A stretch of 59,543 nucleotides of DNA from Candidatus Brocadiaceae bacterium (GCA_963805825.1 CAWDVO010000027.1:1-59543); one strand, 5' to 3'; shown: positions 17,961 through 27,099, counted from the stretch's first letter. The notes: a model not told the origin generated them from the sequence alone. Numbers and translations: made by a program.

Positions 17961-18378
17961 CGCTGCGCCCAGCGGAGAGGCGAGGTGCGTGCCGGCCTTT
18001 ACGGACCTGCGCGCCATCCGCGGCCTGATGGGCAAGAGCCAGAGCCAGATGGCCCGCCTGATGGGCATCTCGACCCGCGCCGTCCAGAGCTACGAGCAGG
18101 GCTGGCGCGGCGCCCCGCCGGCCGTGCAGAAGCACGCCATGCTGCTGCTCTACCTGCACCGCCGCCGCTCGGGCATCCCGGCCCGGCCGTGCTGGGAGGT
18201 CTGCGAGTGCGGCGAGGAGGTGCGCCGGGACTGCCCGGCCTATCTGCTCCAGGAAGGCCACCTCTGCTGGCTGGCGACGGGCAACCGCCTGCCCGGCACG
18301 AAGGGGCGCGCCTCGTGGCCGGCGAAGGCCAGGCAGTGCGAGAAGTGCCCGGCCATGCGGGAGAGGCTGAGGCTCTGA
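17953..18378 (+). CDS. XRE-family HTH regulator with novel Cys-rich C-terminal domain (paralog 2)
   Basis: GTG start overlapping the paralog-1 stop by 8 nt. MGISTRAVQSYEQGWRGAPP HTH, then PCWEVCECGEEVRRDCPAYLLQEGHLCWLATG...QCEKCP. Confidence 0.6.
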   Translation: MADAAPSGEARCVPAFTDLRAIRGLMGKSQSQMARLMGISTRAVQSYEQGWRGAPPAVQKHAMLLLYLHRRRSGIPARPCWEVCECGEEVRRDCPAYLLQEGHLCWLATGNRLPGTKGRASWPAKARQCEKCPAMRERLRL

Positions 18379-18972
18379 GGGGGAAAGGCCTCTAACGCGG
18401 ATGGGCGCGGGCCAATCGTCCTCGTCCTCGTAATCGGCCTCCAAGGTGTTGGCGTGAACTTTGTGGATAGAGTGGACTTGACGCTACTGTGTCACATCTT
18501 CAGTCACCGCGTGGCGCGTTCGGCCGGCACTGCCGAAGCTGCGAAGCAGCGGAAGAATAAAGCCTGGGGTGCAGGACGCCGTCGGCGGCCACACCCCAGG
18601 TAAGCATCGTAGGACTTTCCGCGCCCTGAAGGGGCGCAACCCCCTCGCCCTGAGTTTCGGAACTTGCTATGGGGTCGCGCCCCTTCAGGGCGCGTCGCGC
18701 TCTCGCACGGTTACCTGGGGTTTGTCCGTCCCCCTACGGCGGGCCGGCCGGCACCCCGGGCTCTATCCTCACCCGCCTTCGGCGGGAAGGCAGCGACACC
18801 GCACTCGGACATGATAGAGCAGCATGAACCACCACATCGCGACGGGCACCACGTAAGGCCATGTCCTGGTTGGCGCACTGCTCGTCGTGCCGTTGTGGTG
18901 AAGCGTTTCGCCTTTCTGCGCGTCTCCGGCGTTCCTCTGCGATCTCCGCGTTGAAAGGTCTTGCCGAGCCGC
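18379..18972. other. ~590-bp ORF-free intergenic region with strong hairpins and a DnaA-box-like motif; candidate ncRNA/regulatory region
   Basis: Hairpin CCTGGGGTG...CACCCCAGG (18563-18600). Two copies of the self-palindrome GCGCCCTGAAGGGGCGC (18621-18637 and 18677-18693). TTGTGGATAGAGTGGAC at 18461-18477 (reverse complement TATCCACAA). Confidence 0.35.
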
Positions 18973-19779
18973 TCAGCGCGCCTCGCGCGTGGCGGCCGAC
19001 ATCGTCCGGATGAAGTCCAGCGCCGCCTCCGCAGCATCCCCTCCACCCTCGGCAGCGGCCGCCATGCGGCGCACGATGGCGCTGCCCACGATCACGCCCT
19101 CCGCAGCGCGGGCCACCGCGCGGGCGTGCTCCGGCTCGGATATGCCGAACCCCACGGCGATCGGCACGTCCGTCGCCTTCCGCAGCTCCGCGATGTGGTC
19201 CACCAGGTCCGGCGGCAGCTCGGTGCGGGCGCCCGTGATGCCGCGCACGGAGATGTAGTAGATGAACCCGCGCGCGTGCTCGGCGACCAGGGCGCGGCGC
19301 TTGGGTGTGGTGGCCGGCGTGGCGAAGCAGATCAGGCGGAAGCCGCGCTCATTGGCCAGGCCGAACATCGGCTCGGCCTCCTCGATGGGCAGGTCGGGTA
19401 TGGTGGCCCCGTCGATGCCGCAGTCCAGGGCGCGGTCCAGGAACGCCTCGAACCCCATCCGGAAGACGATGCTGTAGCTGACCATAGCCACGATGGGCAG
19501 GGGGCAGGTCTGCCGCGCCGCCCGCACCATGTCGAAGACGGCCGCCGCCCGCTGCCCGCGCTCCAGCACGCGCGTGTAGGACGCCTGGATGGTCGGCCCG
19601 TCCGCCACCGGATCGGAGAAGGGGAACCCCAGCTCGATCAGCGCGGCCCCCGCCTCCTCGGCGCCCTGCAGTACGCGCAGCGTGGCGTCCAGGTCCGGGT
19701 CGCCGGCGGTGAGGAAGGGGATGAAGGCGGCCTGGCCGAGGCCCTTGAGGCGGTCGAACTGGGCGTCTATCCGGTTCAT
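18973..19779 (-). CDS. trpA: tryptophan synthase alpha subunit
   Basis: 268 aa. [12 protein letters not shown]...IPFLTAGDP...[16 protein letters not shown]...GFGIS motifs. The start overlaps the trpB stop (ATGA). Confidence 0.9.
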   Translation of the reverse strand: MNRIDAQFDRLKGLGQAAFIPFLTAGDPDLDATLRVLQGAEEAGAALIELGFPFSDPVADGPTIQASYTRVLERGQRAAAVFDMVRAARQTCPLPIVAMVSYSIVFRMGFEAFLDRALDCGIDGATIPDLPIEEAEPMFGLANERGFRLICFATPATTPKRRALVAEHARGFIYYISVRGITGARTELPPDLVDHIAELRKATDVPIAVGFGISEPEHARAVARAAEGVIVGSAIVRRMAAAAEGGGDAAEAALDFIRTMSAATREAR

Positions 19780-21002
19780 CGCGCGCCCTCCGTGCCCGCG
19801 CCGCCTACGGCGTCGAGCCCCAGGATGCCGCAGACCTCGAAGACGTCCTTGTCCCCGCGGCCGGAGAGGCAGACGACGGCGATCCGGTCCTCGGGCAGGC
19901 GGTTCTCCTTCTGCATCAGGTAGGCCAGGGCGTGGGCGCTCTCCAGGGCGGGGATGATGCCCTCCGTCTTCGAGAGGAACATGAAAGCTTCCAGCGCCTG
20001 CTTGTCCGTGGCGGAGACGTAGCGCACGCGGCCGGTCTCCTTCAGGAAGCTGTGCTCCGGACCGACGCCGGGGTAGTCGAGCCCGGCGGAGACGGAGTGG
20101 ACGATGCTCGTCTGGCCGTCCTCGTCCTGCAGCACGTAGCTGCGCGCGCCGTGCAGCACGCCGGGCGCGCCGCGGCCGAGCGTGGCGGCGTGGTTGCCGG
20201 GAGAATCGCCCCGGCCGCCGGCCTCGACGCCGACCATCGCGACCGACTCGTCGTCCAGGAACGCCTCGAACAGCCCGATGGAGTTGCTGCCGCCGCCGAC
20301 GCAGGCGACCAGCACGTCCGGCAGCCGGCCCTCCTTCTCCAGCACCTGCGCGCGCGCCTCGCGGCCGATGACGGACTGGAAGTCCCGCACCATGGCGGGG
20401 AAGGGGTGCGGCCCGCCGACGGTGCCCAGCACGTAATGCGTGTCCTCGAAAGACGCCATCCAGTCGCGCAGCGCCTCGTTCAGCGCGTCCTTCAGCGTGC
20501 GCGAGCCGCTGGCGACGGGCACGACGCGCGTGCCGAGGATCTCCATGCGCAGCACGTTCGGCCGCTGGCGGCGGATGTCCTCCTCGCCCATGTAGACGTC
20601 GCACTCCAGCCCGAACATGGCGGCGACGGTGGCGGTGGCGACGCCGTGCTGACCGGCGCCGGTCTCGGCGATCAGGCGCTTCTTGCCCATGCGGACGGCC
20701 AGCAGGGCCTGGCCGATGGTGTTGTTGATCTTGTGCGCGCCGGTGTGGTTCAGGTCCTCGCGCTTCAGGTAGACTTTGCCGCAGCCGAGCGCCTCGCTGA
20801 AGCGGGCGGCCAGGTACAGCGGGTTCGGCCGGCCGACGTAATCGCGCAGGTAGTACTCGAACTCGCGCTGGAACGCCTCGTCGGCGCGGGCCTCCTCGTA
20901 GGCGGCCGTAAGCTGCTCGAGTGCCGGCATCAGCGTCTCGGGGACGTAGCGTCCCCCGAAGGGTCCGAAGTAACCGCGCGGGTCGGGTAGTGGCGTTTTC
21001 AT
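19776..21002 (-). CDS. trpB: tryptophan synthase beta subunit (start uncertain: 21002 or 21014)
   Basis: [22 protein letters not shown] (PLP lysine) and GGGSN motifs are present. Long ORFs 18973..21762 and 19776..21095 over-extend 5'. Confidence 0.9.
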   Translation of the reverse strand: MKTPLPDPRGYFGPFGGRYVPETLMPALEQLTAAYEEARADEAFQREFEYYLRDYVGRPNPLYLAARFSEALGCGKVYLKREDLNHTGAHKINNTIGQALLAVRMGKKRLIAETGAGQHGVATATVAAMFGLECDVYMGEEDIRRQRPNVLRMEILGTRVVPVASGSRTLKDALNEALRDWMASFEDTHYVLGTVGGPHPFPAMVRDFQSVIGREARAQVLEKEGRLPDVLVACVGGGSNSIGLFEAFLDDESVAMVGVEAGGRGDSPGNHAATLGRGAPGVLHGARSYVLQDEDGQTSIVHSVSAGLDYPGVGPEHSFLKETGRVRYVSATDKQALEAFMFLSKTEGIIPALESAHALAYLMQKENRLPEDRIAVVCLSGRGDKDVFEVCGILGLDAVGGAGTEGAR

Positions 21003-21033
21003 AGTGCGGGCCATAGGGAATGGGGAAGGGGTC

Positions 21034-21062
21034 ATCGTATGCGGGCGGGGGCGGCGTGTCAA
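21034..21062 (-). promoter_or_regulatory. candidate trpBA promoter: -35 TTGACA, 17-bp spacer, -10 TACGAT (minus strand)
   Basis: The minus-strand sequence TTGACACGCCGCCCCCGCCCGCATACGAT lies ~15-20 nt upstream of the trpB start candidates. Confidence 0.3.
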
Positions 21063-21086
21063 CGGCAGGGGGTGTTGCCGAGGCCT

Positions 21087-21186
21087 GTGTAGCACAGCCG
21101 CCCCGGCTGTGGATGCCTTGCACTGCCTTCCAAGGATTCCTTAGAGTCGGTACGACTTCCACAGCCGGGGGCGGCTGTGCCACACC
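21087..21186. promoter_or_regulatory. pair of near-identical ~22-bp self-palindromes (GCACAGCCG-CCCC-GGCTGTGC) spaced ~72 bp, upstream of the trpBA promoter
   Basis: Arm 21087-21112 and arm 21159-21186. Each arm is itself palindromic (CACAGCCG/CGGCTGTG). No adjacent T-run, so these are unlikely to be terminators. Confidence 0.4.
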
Positions 21187-21261
21187 GGCAGCGCCGACAA
21201 GGGCAAAGGCTCCGCCCCTGAAACTGGAACTCCGCATGCCCTGCCTGTAGACTCTGACGCC

Positions 21262-21507
21262 ATGAATGCCACAGACTTCATCCGCAAATGGAGCCCGGCG
21301 TCGCTGTCCGAACGTGCCGGCTCGCAATCGCACTTCAATGACCTGTGCGACCTGCTCGGCATACAGAAGCCGGCGGACGCCGACCCGGCGGGGGAGTGGT
21401 TCACCTTTGAGAAGCGGGTGGCCAAGCAGGGCGGAGGCGGGGGCTGGGCGGACGTCTGGAGGAAGGACTGCTTCGCCTGGGAATACCAGGGCCGCCTTCT
21501 TGACTGA
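21262..21507 (+). pseudogene. truncated N-terminal fragment (81 aa) of an MmeI-like type IIG restriction-modification enzyme
   Basis: FIRKWSPASLSERAGSQSHFNDLCDLLGI...WADVWRKDCFAWEYQGR resembles the N-terminal domain of MmeI-family enzymes (FSKRW...SQAKPFLIDFFEVFGI...VDLFWPGILLIEMKSRG). It stops after 81 aa with no continuation. Confidence 0.5.
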
Positions 21508-21768
21508 GGTCAGTAGTTGAGTTCCCCATCCTCTTTGCCAAGCGCAATGGCCAAGGCAAGGGCATTCCGCAGCATGAAGGAACCGTACTGGGTGGCAAGC
21601 GCAACGATTGCCTGCGCCCCTGCCGGGGTCCAGTCGTGATCCGATGAAAGGCGCCTTACGATGCCGTCCGCTTTTACTTCGCCGGTGCGGCCTCGCTCTG
21701 CAGACGCAAGCATCTCCCGGGTACTCCGAGACCCTCGGCCTAAGAAGTTGGACCTCGTTCATCGCAGC

Positions 21769-22542
21769 TCACCCCCTGAATCGATTCTCTATGTGCCACT
21801 GAAGGCGTTCCCTGCACGGCAAGAAGCGACATGGCTTCCTCACTGGTCGCCCATCGTATTGCGCGAGCAACTGACGGGTCACCGATTGCCTCGAGTCTAT
21901 GATGGCCCTTGACAGGCGAACCACAAGGTCGGCAGTCACAGTCATCAGGCCGGAATCGAAGAGCTTGTCAAATGTGGCGCTCAGACACAGACCATTCGTT
22001 GGGTCCGTTCGAAAACGCTCATCCTCGCTCCATGGCACGATGTGGCTTGCCACCAAGCACTCCGTGACAGCAAGGCCCGTAACGCAACACGTGGCATCAT
22101 AGCTTGCTAACACGGCATCGCGAAAGAAACTCTGGTGGATCCTCTGCATGGTCTGGCGCCGGACCTCAGTGGGGCCTTCAGGCTGCCGCAACTCAGGCTC
22201 CCCAAACGAAGGCCGCCCAAGCCTTCCCCTCAACTCGTTCGCTTCGCATACGAGACCATTCCAGTCCGCGTGGAATTCATCCCAGATCGCACGGTCTTGC
22301 TTGCTTGTATGCGTCAGGCCGCGTATGGCGACCTCTCTCAGGGCGGGATCGAAGGCCCCGAAATTCCCTAACTTCCTTGCCACAGCAGCGGGTGTTCGCA
22401 GAAGGTGGCTCGCCAGCTCTACCACGTCAGGGTTGGTGGCTTTCGTCTTCTGGAACGGGATGCGGCAATAGAGCTCAAATGCTAAGACCAATTCGTCCCT
22501 GCTCCAGGGAAGGCCGTACCGGGAACCTGCTATGTTCGACAT
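21769..22542 (-). CDS. HNH (His-Me finger) endonuclease family protein
   Basis: 258 aa from MSNIAGSRYGLPWSRDELVLAFELY. The CCVTG...HIVPW region is typical of HNH nucleases. Local GC (~55%) is lower than the flanks. Confidence 0.55.
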   Translation of the reverse strand: MSNIAGSRYGLPWSRDELVLAFELYCRIPFQKTKATNPDVVELASHLLRTPAAVARKLGNFGAFDPALREVAIRGLTHTSKQDRAIWDEFHADWNGLVCEANELRGRLGRPSFGEPELRQPEGPTEVRRQTMQRIHQSFFRDAVLASYDATCCVTGLAVTECLVASHIVPWSEDERFRTDPTNGLCLSATFDKLFDSGLMTVTADLVVRLSRAIIDSRQSVTRQLLAQYDGRPVRKPCRFLPCRERLQWHIENRFRG

Positions 22543-23068
22543 GGCTCTACAGTGTGCCTTGCTCGTGTCCCGGAAGTCTATGGCCCGGTCCGGATGGTGG
22601 CGAGGCAACTCCCCCCCGCCACAGCCTGGGTCCACTGCGCACCCGCAGACTTGCCGTCTTGGTCCGCCTCCAGGCGTCCCTCTGACGCAGGGCCACTGCA
22701 GGGACGTCACGCGCCTCTGTAGGTCGCTTGCCCTGTACCCTCGACCGGTCTCCGGACGAGAGCAGGTATTGTAGCACGGTAGCGGATACAGTCCAGCCGG
22801 CAATGCAAGCGGTTCGCCCGTCTTCTCGCCGCCTGTTGGCCCACCTGGTCGGCTGCGTTCGGCTCGATCTGTCGGCGTCCGAACATGGAGGACGAGGAGA
22901 TACTGGAAAAGCTCCTCGCGCTGAACCTGCGGCGGGCGAAGGGGTGATCCTACCGGCAAGACCACGGAAGACGGGGAAAGCGCTGGAGGTGGGGGAGATG
23001 CTCGGTGCCCCCCGGACACGGTTCCCCACGGGCCGGGTATCCACCTATTGAGTCGGGGGGAGCTGATG

Positions 23069-23178
23069 CTGTCATTCCGAGGCCGCCTCGGGGCGGCCGA
23101 GAGATCTCAATGCCACGATCGCCGACGTCCGCACGATTGAGATTCCTCGGCGCCAGGGAATTGCGCCTCGGAATGACA
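23069..23178. repeat. MITE/REP-like palindromic repeat element, copy B
   Basis: Perfect terminal inverted repeats TGTCATTCCGAGGC / GCCTCGGAATGACA. The core GAGAGATCTCAATGCCACGATCGCCGACGTCCGCACGATTGAGATTCCTCGG is ~85% identical to the core of copy A (865-922). Confidence 0.65.
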
Positions 23179-23814
23179 TGCCTGCGGGAGTGAGGCATCA
23201 CATCGACGGGCCGCAGCAGCATCCGAACGGTGTTCGGACAACACCGCCCAACCCGGACAGCCGAGCGCCCGCCGTTCGGCGCGTCCTCCGCGTTTGCTCG
23301 CCCTCGCTCGCCGTTGCTCGCCTATTGCGGGCCGCCCGTTCGCCCACCTGCTCGCCCACAAGGGCGGTTCCATTTCGCCGCCGTACGGCGGACCCATTGC
23401 AGGCAAGTCTGGTGGCCAGAGTCCGTGCCGTTCTCGGCGTGCCCGGCGAACTCGGCGGTCAGGGCCTCCTCCTTTTCCTGGACAGTAGCGGACAACGCGG
23501 ACACGTGTTCCCCGAGGACCGTGTACAATGGGGGACAGTTATGAACGCTGAATTATGGATTATGGATGGGGCTGCTAAGGCGGTGGCGGCTGACCGTGCG
23601 CCGGCGTTGCGTGCGCGGTCCCAGGCAGTAAGCCTTCACCAGGCAGCCCCGCCGCACCCCTCTCAGGCCCTTCTTCGTGCCCTTCGTGCGCTTCGTGGTG
23701 AAAGACGTCTTTCTGCGAAACGAATCGAAAGGCCGGCTAACGCCATGACCTGGAGCATGTTACGGCAAGATGGCCCGGACGCGGGACCGCGACGCAAACG
23801 CCTGCGTTGCCGTC

Positions 23815-23842
23815 TTGACACCGCCCGGACGCGGTCTATACT
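23815..23842 (+). promoter_or_regulatory. sigma70 promoter: -35 TTGACA, 16-bp spacer, -10 TATACT
   Basis: CGTCTTGACACCGCCCGGACGCGGTCTATACTGG lies ~20 bp upstream of the Slp-like lipoprotein gene. Confidence 0.55.
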
Positions 23843-23860
23843 GGATTCCCGGGGAACTTC

Positions 23861-24505
23861 TTGGGGGCTATGGCCATGATGCACCGTCGCGCGGGGGCGT
23901 TGAGCGTGTTGGGGGCGTTCGTGTTGCTGGGCACCGTCGGCTGCCGCTATCCCATCGCCCGCCAGTACCGGGAGGCGGCCCGCATGGGCCTGACCGTCCC
24001 GATGGTGCAGGCGGACGCGGCGGCCTACAAGGGGGACATCGTCATCTGGGGCGGCAAGATCCTCGACATAGCCAACCACGAGGGCGCCACCGAGGTCACC
24101 GTCCTCTCCTCGCCGCTCGACTCCGGTGAGGAGCCGCTCAGCGACGCCCACTCGGACGGACGCTTCATCGCCCTGACGGACCGCTTCCTGGACCCCGAGG
24201 TCTACGCGCGCGGCCGGCGGGTGACGCTGGCCGGCCAGGTCACCGGGATGGAGCAGCGGCCGGTCGGTGAGACGAAGTACGCCTATCCCGTGGTCGACAT
24301 CAAGCAGATATACGTCTGGGCGGCGTACGGCTACTACGACGACCGCTACTACTACCCCGGCACTTATGGAGGCTACGGCTCCTACGGCTGGTGGGGGCCG
24401 TGGTACGGCTACGGGGGCGGCTTCTACGGCGGCCCGTACTTCTGGGGCGGAGGGGAGGGCGAAGAGCACGAGGAGCACGAGGGCGGCCACGAGCGCGGGC
24501 GGTAG
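23861..24505 (+). CDS. Slp-family outer-membrane lipoprotein with Gly/Tyr/Trp-rich C-terminal tail
   Basis: Lipobox LLGTVGC. Matches Slp features: GDIVIWGGKILDI, DRFLDPEVYARGRRVTLAGQVTG, YAYPVVDIKQIYVW. The C-terminus is YGYYDDRYYYPGTYGGYGSYGWWGPWYGYGGGFYGGPYFWGGGEGEEHEEHEGGHERGR. Confidence 0.75.
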   Translation: MGAMAMMHRRAGALSVLGAFVLLGTVGCRYPIARQYREAARMGLTVPMVQADAAAYKGDIVIWGGKILDIANHEGATEVTVLSSPLDSGEEPLSDAHSDGRFIALTDRFLDPEVYARGRRVTLAGQVTGMEQRPVGETKYAYPVVDIKQIYVWAAYGYYDDRYYYPGTYGGYGSYGWWGPWYGYGGGFYGGPYFWGGGEGEEHEEHEGGHERGR

Positions 24506-24519
24506 CCGGCAGCCCTGCC

Positions 24520-26157
24520 TCAGCGCGTCCAGTTCTGGGCGACCGGCAGACGACGGCCGGGGCCGAAGGCCTTGTGCGTGACCCGCAGCGTGATGGGAGC
24601 CTGGCGGCGCTTGAACTCCGCGCGGTCCACCATCTTGAGAACGCGCCGCACAAGCTCCGGGTCGAAGCCTTCCTGCACGATCTCGCCGAACTCCATCACC
24701 TCCTCGATGTAGAGGTTCAGTATGGCGTCCAGCACCTCGTAGGGTGGCAGGACGTCCTGGTCGGTCTGGTCGGGCTTCAGCTCGGCTGTGGGTGCCTTCT
24801 CGAGCACGGAGCGCGTGATGGCCTCGCCGTTGCGGTTGGCGTAGCGGGCCAGCTCGTAGACGAGGGTCTTGGGCACGTCGCCGATGAGGGCCAGGCCGCC
24901 GACCATGTCGCCGTAGAGGGTGCAGTAGCCGACGGCCAGCTCGCTCTTGTTGCCGGTGGCCAGCGGCAGGATGTTGAACTTGTTGGCCATCGCCATCACC
25001 AGGTTGCCGCGGATGCGGGCCTGGACGTTCTCCTCGGCGATGCCGGGCTCCGTGCCCTCGAAGACGGGCGCCAGGGCCGCCTCGAAGGCGCGGTGGACGC
25101 CGTCGATGGGCAGCACCTTGAAGTCGACGCCCAGGTTGCGGGCGACGGCCTCGGCGTCGGTGCGGCTGAGCTGGCTGGAGACGCGGCTGGGCATGAAGAG
25201 GGCGATGACGTTCTGCGGCCCGAGCGCCTCGGCGGCGATGGCGGCCGTGAGGGCGGAGTCCACGCCGCCGCTCATGCCGAAGACGACCTGGCGGAATCCG
25301 CACTTGCGGCAGTAGTCGTGCAGGCCGAGCACGAGGGCGCGCCAGACGTCCTCGACCGTGTGCGGCTCCGCCGGGGGCACAGGCGAGCCGGCCTGCTCGG
25401 TATCCACGATCATCAGGTCCTCGCAGAACGCGGCGGCCTCGGCGGTGACGTGGCCGGTGGCGTCCACGAACAGGCTGCGTCCCTCGAAGATGAGCTGGTC
25501 GTTGCCGCCCACGAGGTTCTGGTAGGCGACGGGCACGGCGTGGCCTCCGGCCATGGTGCCCAGCATGCGGCGGCGCAGCGTCTGGCGGCCGGCGGCGTAG
25601 GGGCTGGCCGCGATGTTGACGATGAGGCGGGCGCCGGCCCGGACGAGTTCGGCCACCGGGTCACGCTCGTAGAGGCGCTGGGGCCAGAAACGCTCGTCGT
25701 TCCAGGCGTCCTCGCAGATGGTCAGGCCGATGGGCACGCCGTCCAGGTCGAAGGGGGCGTTCTCCTCGGCGGGCTGGAAGTAGCGCATCTCGTCGAAGAC
25801 GTCGTAGTTCGGCAGCAGCATCTTGTCGCGGCGGTGGACGATGCTGCCGTTCTGGAGCACCGAGGCGGAGTTGGCGGCCCGCCGGCCGTTGGGGGAGGAG
25901 GTGCGGGAGAGGTGGCCGACGATGACGGCGATGCCGTCGGCACAGGCGGCCAGCTCGCGGACGGCCTCCTCATTGGCGCGCAGGAAGGCGGGGCGTTCGG
26001 CGAGGTCCTGGGGGGGATAGCCGCTGAGGGTCAGCTCGGGCAGCAGGACCAGGTCGGCCCCGCGCGCGGCGGCCTCGCGGACGGCGTGCTGGGCCCGGCG
26101 CAGATTCCCTTGAATGTCGCCGACGGTCGTGTTAACTTGAGCGAACGCGACTTTCAT
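24520..26157 (-). CDS. nadE: glutamine-dependent NAD+ synthetase (N-terminal CN-hydrolase domain + NadE domain)
   Basis: 545 aa. Nitrilase-like N-terminus (LPELTLSGY...CEDAW) and NAD-synthetase PP-loop SGGVDS. Confidence 0.9.
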   Translation of the reverse strand: MKVAFAQVNTTVGDIQGNLRRAQHAVREAAARGADLVLLPELTLSGYPPQDLAERPAFLRANEEAVRELAACADGIAVIVGHLSRTSSPNGRRAANSASVLQNGSIVHRRDKMLLPNYDVFDEMRYFQPAEENAPFDLDGVPIGLTICEDAWNDERFWPQRLYERDPVAELVRAGARLIVNIAASPYAAGRQTLRRRMLGTMAGGHAVPVAYQNLVGGNDQLIFEGRSLFVDATGHVTAEAAAFCEDLMIVDTEQAGSPVPPAEPHTVEDVWRALVLGLHDYCRKCGFRQVVFGMSGGVDSALTAAIAAEALGPQNVIALFMPSRVSSQLSRTDAEAVARNLGVDFKVLPIDGVHRAFEAALAPVFEGTEPGIAEENVQARIRGNLVMAMANKFNILPLATGNKSELAVGYCTLYGDMVGGLALIGDVPKTLVYELARYANRNGEAITRSVLEKAPTAELKPDQTDQDVLPPYEVLDAILNLYIEEVMEFGEIVQEGFDPELVRRVLKMVDRAEFKRRQAPITLRVTHKAFGPGRRLPVAQNWTR

Positions 26158-26347
26158 GCTCCCCTCTTCCTGACATGCGGAGTTGCTGCGGGCGCGCAGG
26201 CGCGGCCCGCTCGGGCTGGACGGCGTCCACCGGCCATTGTATAAGCTGACGGACGGAAATCCAGCGCGCGCGTGGCGGAATCCTGCGGGCCGGGCAGGTC
26301 CGAAAGGGGGAGTATGCGCCGTGAGGGCCGAGAATTCCTGCCTTCGC

Positions 26348-26375
26348 TTGACTTGCGCTAAGCTTTTGTTAGAAT
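26348..26375 (+). promoter_or_regulatory. S10-operon promoter: -35 TTGACT, 16-bp spacer, -10 TAGAAT
   Basis: GCTTGACTTGCGCTAAGCTTTTGTTAGAATAGCG lies ~95 nt upstream of rpsJ. Confidence 0.55.
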
Positions 26376-26468
26376 AGCGCTATTGTTTCGCCGAGAGCTG
26401 CCGAAGCCGAGGCAGGCCGGCAGCGACGGATATCCACGCACTGTCCCGCGTTTCGCTGGAGACCCCGA

Positions 26469-26777
26469 GTGGCTGGAGAGAAGATACGCATTCGTATGGA
26501 GGCTTACGACCACCGCGTGCTTGACCGTTCGGCCAAGAAGATCGTGGAGACCGCGATCCGTACGGGGGCGAAGGTCAGCGGGCCGGTCCTACTGCCTACC
26601 CACATCGAGCGCTATACGGTGCTGCGCTCGCCACACGTGGACAAGCGTTCGCGCGAGCAGTTCGAGATTCGCACGCACAAGCGGCTGATTGACATTACGG
26701 ATCCGACTGTCCACACCGTCGATGCACTGAATAATCTGAAGGTGCCGGCGGGCGTGGAGATCAAGATCAAGGTCTGA
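26469..26777 (+). CDS. rpsJ: 30S ribosomal protein S10
   Basis: GTG start. [19 protein letters not shown]... is the S10 consensus. Confidence 0.95.
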   Translation: MAGEKIRIRMEAYDHRVLDRSAKKIVETAIRTGAKVSGPVLLPTHIERYTVLRSPHVDKRSREQFEIRTHKRLIDITDPTVHTVDALNNLKVPAGVEIKIKV

Positions 26778-26779
26778 AG

Positions 26780-27099
26780 ACCGGCCGTCAGCGGCCACAG
26801 GGCGGTCTGTCGAGTCAGGGCAAGGGGCCCCGGCGGGACGACAGGCAGAGCCAGGGCACCCACGGTTAGTGCTCCCCGGGCGGACGCCAAGGGGGCGGCT
26901 GCACGGGTTCGCTGACGCCGGCGTAGTGATTTTCCCCTTTCGAACCATATCCCGCGGGGCGCATGTTCGAATGCGCCCGGACCCTTGTACCCACCGGTGC
27001 GCTGTAGGGGTACTGTTCGCCGTCCGTCCCGTGGGCGGATTGTGTTAAGTGCATTGTCGGCACCGTCACTGAGACGGGCAGCATCTTGAGGAAACTTCG
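26780..27099. other. unusually long (320-bp) ORF-free spacer between rpsJ and rplC with a stable hairpin GGGCGCATgttcgaATGCGCCC (26957-26978)
   Basis: rpsJ-rplC spacers are normally tens of bp. No plausible ORF on either strand. Confidence 0.4.

Noticed and set aside
18379-18972. Possible RNase P RNA: a GGAAAGTCC-like string and CAGGTAAC on the minus strand
   Set aside because: The P4 partner (ACAGAA...), the GGUAACGCCUGGG context and other universally conserved RNase P blocks are absent. Similarity is limited to short strings.
23178-23879. 233-aa ORF (and several 60-100-aa ORFs) in the 23.18-23.86 kb region as real genes
   Set aside because: The translations are Arg/Pro/Ala-rich low-complexity with no start context or domain. 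The region contains heptamer repeats (GCTCGCC x5) and (TTCGTG) x3 and looks noncoding or decayed. Only the promoter near its 3' end is supported.
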